Shown here in pieces: positions 12,001 to 24,192 of a stretch of 64,000 nucleotides of DNA (the first letter of the stretch is position 1; each line of letters begins with the position of its first letter). The translations under genes and the position numbers were made by a program. Source of the stretch: Paraphysomonas bandaiensis. Lineage: Eukaryota; Protista; Chrysophyceae. The stretch lies in assembly GCA_965644295.1 (NCBI GenBank), contig CBFFRP010000426.1, positions 248,001-312,000 on the forward strand, in the 5' to 3' direction. The notes under the pieces were generated by a model. That model did no database searches, had not been told where the DNA came from, and was given only the letters and a program-made list of their open reading frames with translations.

Positions 12001-12383
12001 TCATTGTCTTCACCCATTTGTGTATCAGCATTTTCAACCAACATATCAATCATATCCACAATAAGCTCATAGAGGGATGAGTCCATCAGATCTGTACTAA
12101 TATCCATCACATGAGCATTACATGATTGAATTCTTTCATTGATTTGTTGTATAATTGTTTTCATATATTCTGAAAGTTTTTCTGTTGATGATATAAATTG
12201 AGGGAATGTATGATCATCTATATGATAAGAGTGTAAGGGAGAGATATGAGAAGAGAGAGAGAGATGTGCGTTACCTTTAGAGGATCCTTTACTGGCTCCT
12301 GATAATATGAGAGATGATATCAAACTACGAATCAATCCTTCAGTGTTCTCTGAACTCTGAATTAAATTGTTTATGATTGACAT
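9048..12383 (-). CDS. RRP6: Exosome-associated 3'-5' exonuclease RRP6/EXOSC10 homologue (PMC2NT-like, EXO and HRDC domains, low-complexity tail); predicted catalytically dead
   Basis: KPQL..[87 protein letters not shown] and the HRDC segment WRDLAARREDES. Downstream exons splice in frame through FDYS to RMFPK* at 9048. Confidence 0.93.
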
Positions 12384-13050
12384 GTGTTTGTGATAGGTCG
12401 TTACTCTATTGTACTATATATGAATATCTGTCTATATAACACTATAATATACTGTGGTTAGAATATATATATATATATATACTAACACGCTATAGACCCT
12501 TCAATGGTCTGTATGTATATATAGATGATTACTATGATAGTTTACATAGACAGCTATGGTCATGTGACTGATATATGAAGGGTAATAACAGAACAATCCT
12601 ATAGGCTAATCAACAGTACACTTCATAACTTCGTCTTTCCACTGGTCTCTATATATATTCAAATATAAAGAATACAATGAATACGGTATAGTCCTACAAT
12701 AAGAAATTCAAATGAAATATACTGTTGCTGTATATACGGTATTCTGTAGACAACATATGTGCGCCATATGCGATATACAGTACAGCAAAAGGTATACGAC
12801 TATTCGTAGTGCCTTGTGGTGTAGAGTACGATGTTCGTGTACGTGTTGCTGTATATATAGAGTGTGGTGCAGTGTATATAGACAGTAGTATGGTATGCCC
12901 CTGCAGCTACATGTACTGTATATGAGGTGGTGCAGATCGGCACTATAGAAACACACACATATATATATACACATATATTCTATTAATAACACATTCGTCT
13001 CTTACAGTCGTCATTAATTCTAATTACTATTATTAAGTAACAAGTTAAAT

Positions 13051-14190
13051 ATGTCTAAAAAGAAAGTTCTCTTGATGGGAAAGAGTGGAGCAGGTTGATA
13101 TGGAACTTGTGTCCTCTATATATCTATGTTAATACTGTATATTCATAGGAAAAACTTCTATGCGATCGATTATATTTGCCAACTATATGGCACGTGATAC
13201 AATGCGCTTGGCTCCTACTCTAGGTACATGTGTACGCTTGATGAATATTATACAATATCCTAACCTATAATTAGATGTCGAGCACACTCATGTCCGCTTT
13301 ATGGGTAATCTCGTCCTCAACTTGTGGGACTGTGGAGGTCAATATCGTTTTTACGAAAACTACTTTGATCATCAGCGGGATACAATATTTAGAAATGTAG
13401 AAGTTTTAATATATGTGTTCGATATTGAGTCCGCAGAGCTGGAAAATGACTTTACACTCTTTGATGGCGTGTTGGAAGCAATGGAACAGAATTCTCCTGA
13501 TGCAAGTATTTTCGTGTTGATTCATAAAATGGACCTCGTTGCTGAGGATGACCGCGTTCGTGTATTCAAGCATCGCGAGAAAGTTATTCAAGATATGACG
13601 CAGCAGTAAGTGACTCCAGTACTGTGTATACCTCTGTGAGTCCTGTGTGCAGATTTAAGATTCAATGCTTTGGGACATCCATTTGGGACGAGACTCTCTA
13701 CAGGGCTTGGTCACAGATTGTGTACAGCCTCATTCCAAATGTACAGCTGCTGGAAACTCAACTTGGAGACTTTGCTGAAATTTGTGGTGCGGACGAGATT
13801 GTACTCTTTGAGAAGGCGACTTTTCTTGTTATCTCTCACACATCAAGACTCAAGTACGTAACAATTCCACATTATACATTTAATTTGTCTTGTGTGATCG
13901 TACTTTGGTGATATTTCTTTACATGTAGTCCGGATGTGTACGACAGTCATCGGCATGAACGGATATCAAACATCATCAAGCAGTTCAAGCTCAGTTGTGC
14001 CAAGGCACAGTCGCAATTCCAGGGCATGGAAGTGCGTAACTCTCGTTTCACTGCTTTCATTGATCTCTTCACGAGCAATACGTACATGATGGTAATCATG
14101 AAACGCTCAGATGTGTCCACCACCCTGGCGCATCTGAACATCGCAGCCGCCCGGAAACACTTCGATAAATTTATACCAGAGAACACATAG
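13051..14190 (+). CDS. RRAGA: Rag GTPase RagA/B (Gtr1) subfamily, 5 exons
   Basis: Spliced [83 protein letters not shown]. Confidence 0.96.
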
Positions 14191-15452
14191 GGCAGAAATC
14201 GGAGATCTGAAGTCTATAGTTGTTAAGATTGTATGAATTACTTTTTGACCGAAGTAGTTTTATTAAATTTATTAGTGTGAAAGTAATGGTTTATTAAAAA
14301 TTGTTGGGTCTCATATTCGAAACTGAAGCATATTAGTTCAGTGGTATGTCCACTCGGTGAAGTGTATAGCATAGAAGAAATTTGCGAGCGTATAAAAAGC
14401 AATAGAACAATTCGAGTAAAATAATTCCGTCGGTTACGATGATGATTGATTTTTCATTTCGCTATACCAGGAGAAGTATAGCTGCATTGGCTGATCTTTA
14501 TACACTATAGAGTGCGAAAACAAAGTATATTTCACTATACAATAAATATCGTTGGATACCTCCCCATAATAAATAATACTGCAATGTATTACTCGCATTA
14601 TGTTGGAATACGTATGGTCCTCTAAGATAGTACTATAGGAAACGGCAAACAATACTAAACAGTAATATACTAAATGTCAAAGATAGTATAATAAACAGCG
14701 AAACTGAAGTGTTGCATCATGACGATTCAAGATACGGAAGTTGAGCAGTGGTTGACATGAACGAAATAATTATCATGTTGTTGACATTTTTTACATGACA
14801 ACACACACAATCGTGTATGCAATTTAATAAAGAGCTTATCTAATTCGATTACAATAAACTTCTCTTAACAATCTTAATTACGAAAACGACCAATAGTCAA
14901 AAATTAATCTAGTAAGACAATGAAGTATATAACATCAATCAAATTTCACTATACAGAAGTACTTGTAAATAGTTCATAAGTTAGCACTAAGTACAAGAGA
15001 ATAACTTAATAGTAGTCATCATTCAAATCAAACACTATCACCATTTGGACAGCACCATTATCGGCCCTAATCTCAAGTTCAAACTCATTCCGGATCAAGA
15101 AAACAGTTAATATATAATTAACTGTTTCGGATGTATACTTTGACGCATACTGAATAATCGCTCTGATCTAATCGAAATACACACTATGTGATCAGTGATC
15201 AGTGCACCTCTACCCTTTGGTAGCTCTATTTCATCAATACATAGTGGTACTTCGACTTCATCAACAGATACGCCTACAATTTGTAGCATCTTCATCTGCA
15301 CCCATCCTTACACACAAAATGTATTCATAATGACTGTAGTATAAGTATGTAGTTGGCTTGTTGCAGGGATGCTGTTAAATAAGAGTGACATGAGGACCTT
15401 CATACGACTTACTTTTGAAGTCGACAATAATCACCAGATCAGAATGAAATGC

Positions 15453-16427
15453 TCATACACCTGATCCACTTTTATCGGTGAATTTTTTTATGCTTTTGTG
15501 AACAATGGGCGTGGTCATAGTATTTCCCGACTTGTAGGAAAGCTTCTGAGGAGTAATCGGAACTATACCATTCTTCCTACCTCCGGATAGCTGATTACTC
15601 CGTTTCAATGGAGAAGTGGTGTACGTTGGAGAATTAGGTCGAGATAATGGTGTCATAACACCACGTGAAAGGTAATCATTAACATCAATCCCTTTCATAC
15701 TGCTGGGAACAAAGTCTGAACGCACGCACACATGATTTCGAATATGAAACTGATGGGCAGGCAAAACGGCACAGCGGTAGCGTCTTTGGCTCTGCAGATA
15801 AGACAGAGCAAAACGGCTTTCTGAACTGACTGTCTCAATCAAAATGACGTCAACAGAAAACATCGAAAAGTCAATTCCTCGAAGGACATCAAGCTCACCG
15901 CCTTCGACGTCTAATACCCAGAGGTTGGCATGATTTATACCATGCTCTGCCATAAGTTCAGACAAAGGAACACATGTCACTACTCTCTCCATATAATCAG
16001 AAGCATTAGAATATCGCCACTTCAGGAAGCTTGTACTCATAAACTCTCTAATACCACTCACAGCACCGCCGCTTTTGTGGGAAAGAAAATGCACATCCTT
16101 CTTCGAACTACACAACACAGCATGAATATTGATAGCATCCGGTCTGTTCTGTAGAAGCTTATAGTAGTTTTCAGAATCACCTTCTATATGAATAGAAGAC
16201 CAATTTAATATTTTATGGAATGCATAAGTTGTCGAGTATTTAATACCATCAAGAGCACCGGATTCAATCACCACACCGTTCCGCTTCCCATAAAAGAAAT
16301 GATTATGAATTAATATATCTTCTTTTAATTGTGATTTGGATTGAGATGCAAAATTATATTCAATATTATTAGCTGAACACCATAATATATAGAGCGACAG
16401 GATCGCTATAAGATTATATGAATGCAT
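15453..16427 (-). CDS. FkbM-family (Methyltransf_21) SAM-dependent methyltransferase with N-terminal signal/anchor
   Basis: GVVIESGALDGIKYSTT..WSSIHIEG..INLWVLDVEGGELDVLRGIDF-type motifs; hydrophobic N-terminus. Confidence 0.85.
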   Translation of the reverse strand: MHSYNLIAILSLYILWCSANNIEYNFASQSKSQLKEDILIHNHFFYGKRNGVVIESGALDGIKYSTTYAFHKILNWSSIHIEGDSENYYKLLQNRPDAINIHAVLCSSKKDVHFLSHKSGGAVSGIREFMSTSFLKWRYSNASDYMERVVTCVPLSELMAEHGINHANLWVLDVEGGELDVLRGIDFSMFSVDVILIETVSSESRFALSYLQSQRRYRCAVLPAHQFHIRNHVCVRSDFVPSSMKGIDVNDYLSRGVMTPLSRPNSPTYTTSPLKRSNQLSGGRKNGIVPITPQKLSYKSGNTMTTPIVHKSIKKFTDKSGSGV

Positions 16428-16883
16428 GTGAGCTGTAGCTGTATCATATATATATCGATGTATCTACAGGACGGTTACAAAGACACTACTATAGCACCAT
16501 CCTGATCTATATGTCAGTAATCTTGTCATTATATATCCTCTACAAACTCTATGAGGATCCTATAGTGAGATGAACTGGAGTGGATACGGCACATCTCATA
16601 TGTTAAATCATATATGATTCTACAGTACACAGTCCTTTCCGGCTACCTGTTACCAGTAACCGGATCTACATCCAGGAAACGGATTACATAACTTTATATA
16701 GTCTATCAATACATCAATACACATACATACATGTATGATGATCTCCTGCTCTATGATGCATGCATGCAATATGCAATGTTATTGCAGGCATTCAATAGGA
16801 AAGTAACAAGATATAGACTGTGCACTTGAACTTTTCATCAAGAATCTTTCCTGACGTATTTATTTGCAATAAGTGATAGTATT

Positions 16884-17546
16884 ATGACTGTAACTGAATG
16901 GATTCCATCCGGAATATCTGAGTGCTTTTTCCTGTGGGCATTTATATGGTTATTGCTCGTAATCCTTCCTCCAGGATCCAAAGAAATTGTGACTGCGTAT
17001 AGACTGAATTTTTGCCATGGTGTTGCAAGTTCACTAGTTGCTTATTTGGCTCTAGAAGGAATCGTTCCCGAAAATTTTGGAACTATGTGCACTCTATCTT
17101 ACTTTGTGGTGGATTTTATCAACATATTATTGAATGATTACTACTGGAAAGTCCCATCATATCAAAATCCTCAGAATAGACGAGTTGAATACGGGCATCA
17201 TTTATTTTGTTTGTTTGTAGGGGTATGCTGCATTACTATTCACGATAAAGTGTGCACATTCACGAAGCAGCCCTTCTTATACCTGATGTATGCAGAATTC
17301 TCCACTCCCATCCTTATGGCGTGGCGTTACTACGGCTACGACTGGCTTGGTGTTCTTTTTGCCATTGCGTTCTTTGCGTGCCGCATTGTATATCATGGAT
17401 TTATGTTTATGCCTGTATGCGTCTCAATCTGCACACCACTTGTGGGGTGGGGATTTTCCATCCCATATATGTCTCTGAATGCATATTTTTTCTATATGAT
17501 CGTAAGGAAAATGATTAAGGGCGTCATGAAGAAGAAAGTAAAGTAG
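16884..17546 (+). CDS. TLC (TRAM/LAG1/CLN8) domain membrane protein
   Basis: Multi-pass hydrophobic ORF with SYFVVD, HH, AEFSTP and FFACRI motifs. Confidence 0.82.
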   Translation: MTVTEWIPSGISECFFLWAFIWLLLVILPPGSKEIVTAYRLNFCHGVASSLVAYLALEGIVPENFGTMCTLSYFVVDFINILLNDYYWKVPSYQNPQNRRVEYGHHLFCLFVGVCCITIHDKVCTFTKQPFLYLMYAEFSTPILMAWRYYGYDWLGVLFAIAFFACRIVYHGFMFMPVCVSICTPLVGWGFSIPYMSLNAYFFYMIVRKMIKGVMKKKVK

Positions 17547-18294
17547 ATTTGTTAAACAAGTGTAATACATATGCATCTTTAGCATGGCATGCAGAATACT
17601 GACGTTGGCAATGTGTTGACTTTCATTTCGCAATCTACTTCGCGAGATTATCCTCGAATCCCATGTTGCTACTAAATGTATACAATTTAATTAGGACGTT
17701 CTTTTGTCATGTGGAAGATAGCTATATGCAATAAATATTCGTCAAACAGACGTATGTAGTAGTATACCTATGAGTAATATTAAATATATTAGCAGTTTAC
17801 AGTAGAGTTAAGAAAAGAGAAACGAGCAGGTTGTATGCTTTGCTTGTGACAGGCGCACTGGAGAAGTTCACCTCCATTACTCGACGGGTTTCAATGGATA
17901 CAAAAGTAAGGAAGTACGGGACTACTGTTATTGCCACGGTTGTCAAATATCATGGGTTTATATAGCATCGAAGCATTATTCTGCTACGGGTTTCGGGGAA
18001 TGTTATGACAAACCACAATGAAATTAACAGCCACGATACATGACATATGAGCGAACGAAAAAGTCAGATTTGCCTTTAATTTACAGCAATCGTAAACATA
18101 CGTAACTACGTAGCTATATAATTGTAGATAGCCTGGTATATAGTAGTCAGTGTAAGTGGCATTGGTGTATGTCGTGTCCGTGAACAAGTTGTATCAAAGT
18201 AATGTAGTGTCCCAAAATTGAAGCCCCAAAATCTGTTATGTCTCAAACATAAAATATTATCAGGAAAAAATCTTTTTAATATATTGTCGCAAAG

Positions 18295-19313
18295 TTATCT
18301 TAATATCCCAACTCTCTTCTGGGTGAGAGGATGGGCGGTTGAGTTGTAAGTTCGTATGGTGTGTTGAGTTGCTCCACTACTAATTCGACGCTGGACCGTC
18401 GTTATCTTTGTTGTAAGTTCATCAACTTCCTCCCTCTGATCAAGGTCCAGAGCAAGTCTCTTACGAGACACCTGTGTGAAAAGGTAGTCCAGAGGCTGCT
18501 TCGACCACTCGGCGCGGGTGTATAGAGCAAACCCCGTACGCATACAACGTAAAACCGCATCAACTCTACTTCGATGAATATCCGAGAGTCGACGAGCATG
18601 ATCATTACTTCTATCTACTGCTGAATCATCAGTATCGCCTGTTGTAGCATCTTCTGTGCTTTCCTCTTTGATTGCTTGATCTTGGGAAAATAATGCGGGA
18701 TCATAAAATTCATTGTGAATAGTTTTACACGCCCTGCTGAACACAAACGTATCATCTGTTTGTAAATCGTTCCGAATGCAAGTGAGAAGATTCCATGTAC
18801 GAATCTGAAACTGTTGTTGGCATGTGAAATATTCCATCTTTTCTTTGAGTTGGTCAACCATGCTCCCGGCAGCAACTCGTGTAGTCTTGTCAGTTATATC
18901 GGCACCCGTCCAATTAAAAAATTCAGCAATCGCTTCAAAAAACTGCAAAGCATTATCACGTGCTAATTTCGCTTTAATCAATTCAGTCATTAATCCTATT
19001 GCTTTAACACTCTTCCTAATCATAACAATTATCAGTACAGAGAATCATATAATACTGTTACTACTTACTTTTCATTAGTCATATGGCGTAACAAAGTTTG
19101 AATCGTTTGTATTGTATCAATTTCTCCCCTTGATTGAGAATTCTTTTCTTCATTCTTTAAAGGGATATTATCTGTTGGTTTGGTGTCATTATCAGGTTCT
19201 TTACATTCAGCATGAGTGAGGTCTCTGTCATCAGCGGATATCTTACGCTTCTTGTTAGGTTTATCATGTTTCTCACTAGTAATGGAAAGTATATCACCAT
19301 ATGGGTTACTCAT
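18295..19313 (-). CDS. Hypothetical protein, 2 exons, with NLS-like KKRK
   Basis: ORFs 19065-19313 and 18295-19023 are joined by a short gtaagt..ag intron; helical region with NDLQTDDTFVF. Confidence 0.7.
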
Positions 19314-19662
19314 GACTTTTTTTCTGTTGAAAGTATGGATATTTGCTTCCTGTCTTATCTGTTTAATGTGTTGTAAACATCCTCACACTGATATATATAT
19401 ATATATATATATGATGGCCGTACCTATATACAGCAGTACTTATGTAACGCTCTCTCTCAGATACCAGTGTGGAAGTACTCTTCACCATACAGCCAGTACA
19501 CCAGTACAGAAGTATAATAGTACAGTACTCGTACATATCTTCCATGTACTGCTGTATATATCCATAGCTACAGCACTGTCCATATAGACTATCTGCCTTA
19601 ACTATACATACACAGTCATATCTACATAAACACAATCTATCAAAGATTAACAACATATCATA

Positions 19663-21305
19663 ATGAAATGGAAATTTCATTCAAAAGATTGTTTGTTTCA
19701 AAGATATGATATTACAGGATCTGATGGAGTTTGTTTAGATGGATCCACACCTAGTTACTATCTACGTCATGGGTTTAATGAAGGTATTCATACATGGCAT
19801 ATACATTTTGAAGGTGGAGGATGGTGTTACAATACTGAATCTTGTCATAGAAGATCAAAAACTGATTTAGGAAGCTCAATTAATTATCCCTCATGTTATG
19901 ACTCACAGAAAATTATACATGAAGGGTATTTTAGTTCTAAAAGTAGTATTAATCCTCTTTTATATAATGCTAATCAAGTATATGTGAAATATTGTGATGG
20001 GGGATCATTTGCAAGTGACAATTTTGATAATATATCGGTAAATACATCTTTGTACTATTGATCTGCTATCAATCTTATCGTAAAACAGGGTCATCATTAC
20101 CGTGGAAGGTCAATTCGGAAGAATCTCATCACTAATTTGTTAACAAGGTTTTCAATGGCAGAGGCAACAGATATAGTCATATCTGGTGCGTCAGCAGGAG
20201 GTAAATAGTCATACACCAGTCAGGCACATGAGTTATTATTAAATTTTGTCAGGACTCGCAGTATACCTTGGACTCGACGCCATGGCTAGTCAGATCAGAC
20301 AGAGTATTAAGAGACCCCAAGAATTACTTATTGTCGGTATTCCTGATTCGGGCTATTTCCTTGACTACGATAGCAAATACTCGTCACGGGGCAAAGCCCA
20401 CATGGTTGCCAGGTTAACGGGTCCTCCTTATCACCAAGAAATTGGTGGAAATTGGTTTCCCGAAGAGTATGTGGACGGACAGACAATATATGCAACGCTA
20501 ATGAGGGGCCTCGTGAGTATGATGGGAGTAACTTCAAACTTCACTTATGATAGTTCTGATTCCATGGCTCGATGCATTCGATCCAAAAGTGCAGCTAATG
20601 CGAATGACTGCCTCTTCCCTGAAAACTTAATATCTTTCATAGATACCCCTTTCTTTGCCTTGCAGGTGAGGTAAATGATATTATTATGCAGAGTATTTAC
20701 AGCAGTTATATTTTCTGTAGCCGAAGTACGACTCCTGGCAGCTTGTGCATGAGGCTGGATTTCCTTTAAGGGGGATGGATGAGACCACTGCAGCAAACAG
20801 CTATGGGCGTCGCCTGCAAGAGAGTTTACTATCTCAGCTGAAGCCTGGATCTGGCGCTTTTCTAGACTCTTGTGTACATCACTGCTATGCGGGCGAGTTT
20901 TACACTTCTATACGTAAGAAAGTGCACGTTTTTTTTCAGTACTTACATGTGAGTAGTGGATGACGCCGGAATTAACGTTGGAACCGCTATCCACGAATGG
21001 TATAAAGAATTACGGAAGCACTATAGAAATGTTAGTAACTCTCTGCTATTATTTTGTTGTTGAGCTAAGTGTTCATGCAGCCAAGTGGTAGTATTTTAAC
21101 GGTGAAGAGCTATGTTCAATCAGATAAATTTCCATGTGAAAGTTGCTGCAGAAATAAAGAACATGATATTTCGTTACATTCACGAAAAGAAGATAGTATG
21201 ACACATATGCATATATATTCTCATTACTTTGAGACGGAATTGATTATTCTATGTGTAGTTGCAATTACATTACTTGGTATGTTATATAAAAGACGAAAAA
21301 AATGA
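19663..21305 (+). CDS. Pectin acetylesterase / Notum-family hydrolase with C-terminal TM anchor; start uncertain
   Basis: CLDGSTPSYY, FEGGGWC, YCDGGSF, nucleophile SGASAGGL (spliced), KYDSWQ, DSCVHHC; ends LIILCVVAITLLGMLYKRRKK. Confidence 0.88.
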
Positions 21306-22240
21306 CTGGTGTGTTATGGGCGAATAAATGTTTTTCACATGAAATTACTTACATTAACTTGTGCTGAAAATAGTTATGATTAATTGATTAATGATGATGC
21401 ATGTTATATACAGAAACTTGGCTTGAGATATAAATATAAGATAGTAATTCGAAAATGTGTTTACATGTCATTCGAATCGAGATAAAATGATATATATTCA
21501 AGCATGGCCTGGTAACCTTTAATAGTAATATTATGCTACAACCAACTCCACGTACCTACTTGAAGCTTGTTGAAGTCTATCCTGTATTCTATGTAGCTAT
21601 GAAATACAGAATCTACAGGACTACAGTATAGGAGTAGCTATTAAAAGTATACAATAAAACTGAAAATATAGCAGCTGTTAAATATGATTCGTAGAATAAT
21701 ATGATGTTGGTGATTGATGTTCTCCGTAAACAGTGCTACCACATCACAATTTTACTGTTTGCTGTACCTCTCCTAATAATCCAACAAGTATTGTGCTATT
21801 ACAAGGTTAACAAGTAACAAGTCATGCTATTATAACAGCAGAAAAAATGGCATTTAATAACATCTGAATAAAGTGTTTTAAGATATAGTACCTCCTCTAC
21901 ACAATAGACAATGTTAATACTGCTGATTTGTGGCATCTTGGAGCATTATCAGTGGTAACTTAAAGCTGTAAGAGTTAGATCTTATTTTATCAAGCTTAGA
22001 GGCAGTAATTCTCATTCTATGCCTAGTATAGAGCATATCAACCGTCTTTCCTGTGCTTCTTATGCACACAAGCTGCAAGCTGCAATCTTCTTACTCATAG
22101 CAAAGTTACTAAATCGCATCTATTCACTTTAAATCGTCCCAGAAGGACAAGACCAAAGTCTAATATAGATGCAAATGACATATACATAGTAGTCCGATGA
22201 AATCAGATTACTTCATTTTCCAAGTGCAAGGCTACAAAAA

Positions 22241-23425
22241 CTACTCGCTCTCGTACACGTCGTCATCTTGACAAGTCCTGGAGGCAAGACTGGCAGAATA
22301 CTCCTCCTCAATCAGCTCTGCGAGCTTAGGTGCAATTGATACCTGAACAACTTTGTCACTAGCATCTGGGGGTAGCGGAAGAGAATCTGTGACTATGACT
22401 TTCTCCACAGGGGAGAGCCCAATTAACTCCATCGACTTTTCTGTGAATAAACCTACGTGGCGCTATGACAATACAAACATGACATTCCCATATATTAACT
22501 CACCGTGTGATGCGCATATGTACACTTTGTTCGCGCCCTCCATCACTAGTCTGTGGCATATTGTCGAGAGCGTTCCTGCGGTGTCCACCACATCATCTAC
22601 TATGATCACGTCTGATCCTGTGACGTCCCCCAAGAGCCGGGTCACATTGCGAGAAGTTTTGACGTTCGAGTCATCGCTGCGACGCAGGAAGGCCGCAATG
22701 CTCACTTCCTTGACCCCTGGTGCATCCTGCAGCCCAATCTGATATTTTCTCGCTTTTTTAATAAAGTCTGGGCTAGCTGCTACAATGGTTACTTTCTCGT
22801 TGAGTTTGACGTTATCCTTGATGTACTTGATAGATAAATCGCTTGAAGATGCCGTTTCCACAGGAATTGTAGTATCAAAGAAACATGTTTCCTGTCCTTG
22901 GCCAGGGCGATGCAGATCTACTGCTAGTACTCTGTCAACACCCATGACATTCATCATCTTCGAAAAGTCTCCTGCAGCGGACCAAAGAAACCGAGATTGA
23001 TTTTTGGTTGATATCGGCTCGCCACGACGATGGTATTTGTAGCCAAAGTAAGGAACAACAGCAGTCACGCGCATGGCACCGCATCTCTTTGCACATGATA
23101 TCATAAGCAATAACTCCATCATATTGTCATTAACGGGCGCTGCACAGGGTTGTATTATAAATACATCTTTCCCTCTCATGGAGTCCATAGCCCGACACGA
23201 TACCTCCCCATCAGAGAACCTCTTCAGCTTCATCCTAATCGGAGTAATCCCAAGTTTATCTGCAATACTGTGAGCTAGTTTCTTGTTTCCTGTTCCTGCG
23301 ATGATAACAACATCGTCTTTTATATTAGGGGTTCTTGGGGTCATCCATGCACTTGCATGACCGCATGATCCACACGCAGCTGCTGCTATTGCGAACTTTG
23401 TTGTAATGCGGCGGAATGAAAACAT
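22241..23425 (-). CDS. Ribose-phosphate pyrophosphokinase (PRPP synthetase)-like protein, divergent, with organellar-type N-terminal extension; 2 exons
   Basis: KRFSDGE, RGKDVFIIQ, NDNMMELL, VDLH, PRPP-binding loop VIIVDDVVDTAGTL, ASHG|LF, VIVTDSLP. Confidence 0.9.
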
Positions 23426-23561
23426 GATTAGAAATTAGTACTGAAATATCGTGGCGTCCATAGAATTAGTTGCGAAGGAACGGGAGGAGATTATGATGAG
23501 TAGATAGAGATGCTCTTGCAGCATACAAAACAAATCACACATATGCATAGATACACATGCG

Positions 23562-23752
23562 TACATACATACATACATACATACATACATACATACATAC
23601 ATACATACATACATACATACATACATACATACATACATACATACATACATACATACATACATACATACATACATACATACATACATACATACATACATAC
23701 ATACATACATACATACATACATACATACATACATACATACATACATACATAC
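23562..23752. repeat. Perfect (TACA)n microsatellite, ~47 units
   Basis: Uninterrupted TACA repeats directly visible; they produce the spurious YIHT/MYVC ORFs. Confidence 0.99.
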
Positions 23753-24192
23753 CACAGCCCTATACTCTAAACTGAAAGAAACCGTTTCTTGTGTATGTAC
23801 GTGTATGTATGTGTGCTGTGCTGTATATGGATCAGAGTACATTCAGCATCACTCCCTTTGCATTGAACATCACACTGTCAACACTCTGCCCAAGTGCCAT
23901 AGGGAGTGTATATTGACGGAAGTAAGAGTTAGATTAAACTATTCCTGCTTTAAACAAGTAGTGTTTGGAGACTTACGTGGAGTTCTGTCATATGTGAGTA
24001 GTGTTTGATTTGATTGTGATCACTATTTTATTCTGTGCTCGTCATTGCAGACAACGAAACGTTTGAGGTGTCAAAGAATAAATTTAGACTTCTTTTGTTT
24101 GTAAAATGGATATTTAGCTAGTTATGTTGCATTGAGTTCTCCTTCTTTAACGACATATAGTTTGTATTGATATCGTTTTGACAGAGAATATA

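Noticed and set aside
9048-12383. RRP6 as a simple decayed pseudogene
   Set aside because: No frameshift or premature stop after splicing, and non-catalytic motifs are well conserved; the damage is concentrated on catalytic residues.
15000-15450. Possible extra 3' exons of the FkbM gene or a separate small gene
   Set aside because: Splice sites are ambiguous and the peptides are unrecognisable; needs RNA-seq.
23435-23842. Five overlapping ORFs of MYVC/YIHT repeats
   Set aside because: Translation artefacts of the (TACA)n microsatellite.
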